Assembly: GCA_963842945.1 (NCBI GenBank)
Contig: CAWJIM010000008.1
Location: 1-40,470, forward strand
DNA from: an uncultured Gemmatimonadales bacterium
Lineage (GTDB): Bacteria; Gemmatimonadota; Gemmatimonadetes; Gemmatimonadales; GWC2-71-9
Length of the DNA stretch: 40,470 bases
Direction of reading: 5' to 3'
The notes below the pieces were generated by a model. That model was not told the DNA's origin, searched no databases, and saw only the letters and a list, made by a program, of their open reading frames with translations. Numbering within the stretch: position 1 is the first letter of the stretch; the number at the start of each line of letters is the position of its first letter. Of this stretch, positions 39,755 through 40,470 are shown one piece after another. The translations under genes and the position numbers were made by a program.

Positions 39755-40470
39755 ATGACTATCGCAACCGTCAACCCCGCGACCGGACAGATCGTTCGGA
39801 CTTTCACTCCGCTGTCGGAGCAGGAGCTGGATGCACGTCTGCAGTGCGCCGCTGATGCCTTCCGCCGTTATAGCCGCACCCCGATTGGCGACCGAACCCG
39901 CATGCTACAGCGGGCCGCCGAGATTCTTGATGCAGACAAGGAGAAGTTCGCTCGAATCATGGTGACGGAGATGGGCAAGACCCTCAAGGCCGCCGTCGAG
40001 GAAGCAGAAAAATGCGCCTGGGGCTGCCGCTACTACGCGGAACAGTCAGAGCGCTTTCTCTCCGACGAGGTGGTCGAGACCAACGCCAGCCGAAGCTTCG
40101 TCACTTATCAGCCGATCGGCCCGGTCCTGGCCATTATGCCCTGGAACTTTCCGTTCTGGCAGGTATTTCGCTTCGCCGCTCCGGCGCTTGCCGCGGGAAA
40201 CGTGGGTCTCCTCAAACACGCGTCCAATGTCCCCCAGTGCGCTCTCGCGATCCAGGACATCTTCCGGCGAGCGGGATTTCCCGAGGGCTGCTTCCAGACC
40301 CTGCTGATCGAGACCGACCGGGTCCGGCGAGTCATTGAGGACCCGCGGGTAGCCGCCGCCACCCTCACGGGCAGCACTGGAGCTGGGAGCCATGTGGCCA
40401 GCGCCGCCGGAAAGCAGATCAAGCGCACCGTCCTGGAACTGGGCGGAAGCGACCCGTTCATCGTTATGCC
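39755..40470 (+). CDS. NAD(P)-dependent succinate-semialdehyde dehydrogenase (Sad/GabD1-like), 3' end outside the window
   Basis: Not in the ORF track. Manual translation: MTIATVNPATG...EMGK...IMPWNFPFWQVFRFAAP...LKHASNVP...LTGS...LELGGSDPF. Confidence 0.92.
   Translation, partial: MTIATVNPATGQIVRTFTPLSEQELDARLQCAADAFRRYSRTPIGDRTRMLQRAAEILDADKEKFARIMVTEMGKTLKAAVEEAEKCAWGCRYYAEQSERFLSDEVVETNASRSFVTYQPIGPVLAIMPWNFPFWQVFRFAAPALAAGNVGLLKHASNVPQCALAIQDIFRRAGFPEGCFQTLLIETDRVRRVIEDPRVAAATLTGSTGAGSHVASAAGKQIKRTVLELGGSDPFIVM

Noticed and set aside
1..40470. CRISPR arrays, tRNA/rRNA, transposases, integrases, phage or defence genes
   Set aside because: None recognised by eye; the only tandem repeat is the two-copy 39-bp coding duplication

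Overview
GC-rich bacterial chromosomal window, probably Gemmatimonadota (inferred from the style of the SusC/SusD-like pair, the PGN-type EF-P and the small lipoproteins; no marker gene confirms this). It holds about 37 genes and no rRNA, tRNA, CRISPR array or mobile element. 1-18.3 kb is a mostly intact housekeeping, envelope and stress region: D-Ala-D-Ala ligase-like ATP-grasp, DacB, cardiolipin synthase + EEP + BON, efp, CAAX protease, nitroreductase, DUF72, PmtA-like methyltransferase, ferritin-like protein, nfo, SLT, YtxH, PHP phosphatase, aminotransferase, SDR and a Cbp1-like lipoprotein. 18.4-27.2 kb looks like a peptide-utilisation locus (amidohydrolase, S9 peptidase, two paralogous lipoproteins, SusD/SusC). 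27.4-36.9 kb is the best candidate for an undescribed system: TonB-dependent receptor, PYROXD2/phytoene-dehydrogenase-like flavoprotein, ECYHC-type Rieske oxygenase, SolA-like oxidase and APC permease, facing a second ECYHC Rieske oxygenase. This suggests uptake and stepwise demethylation of an N-methylated amino acid or betaine. The window ends with fahA coupled to an uncharacterised conserved gene and a partial succinate-semialdehyde dehydrogenase. Genes from about 18.8 to 37.3 kb carry many small indels that look like long-read errors, so frameshift positions there are approximate. All family calls come from motif recognition, not database searches.
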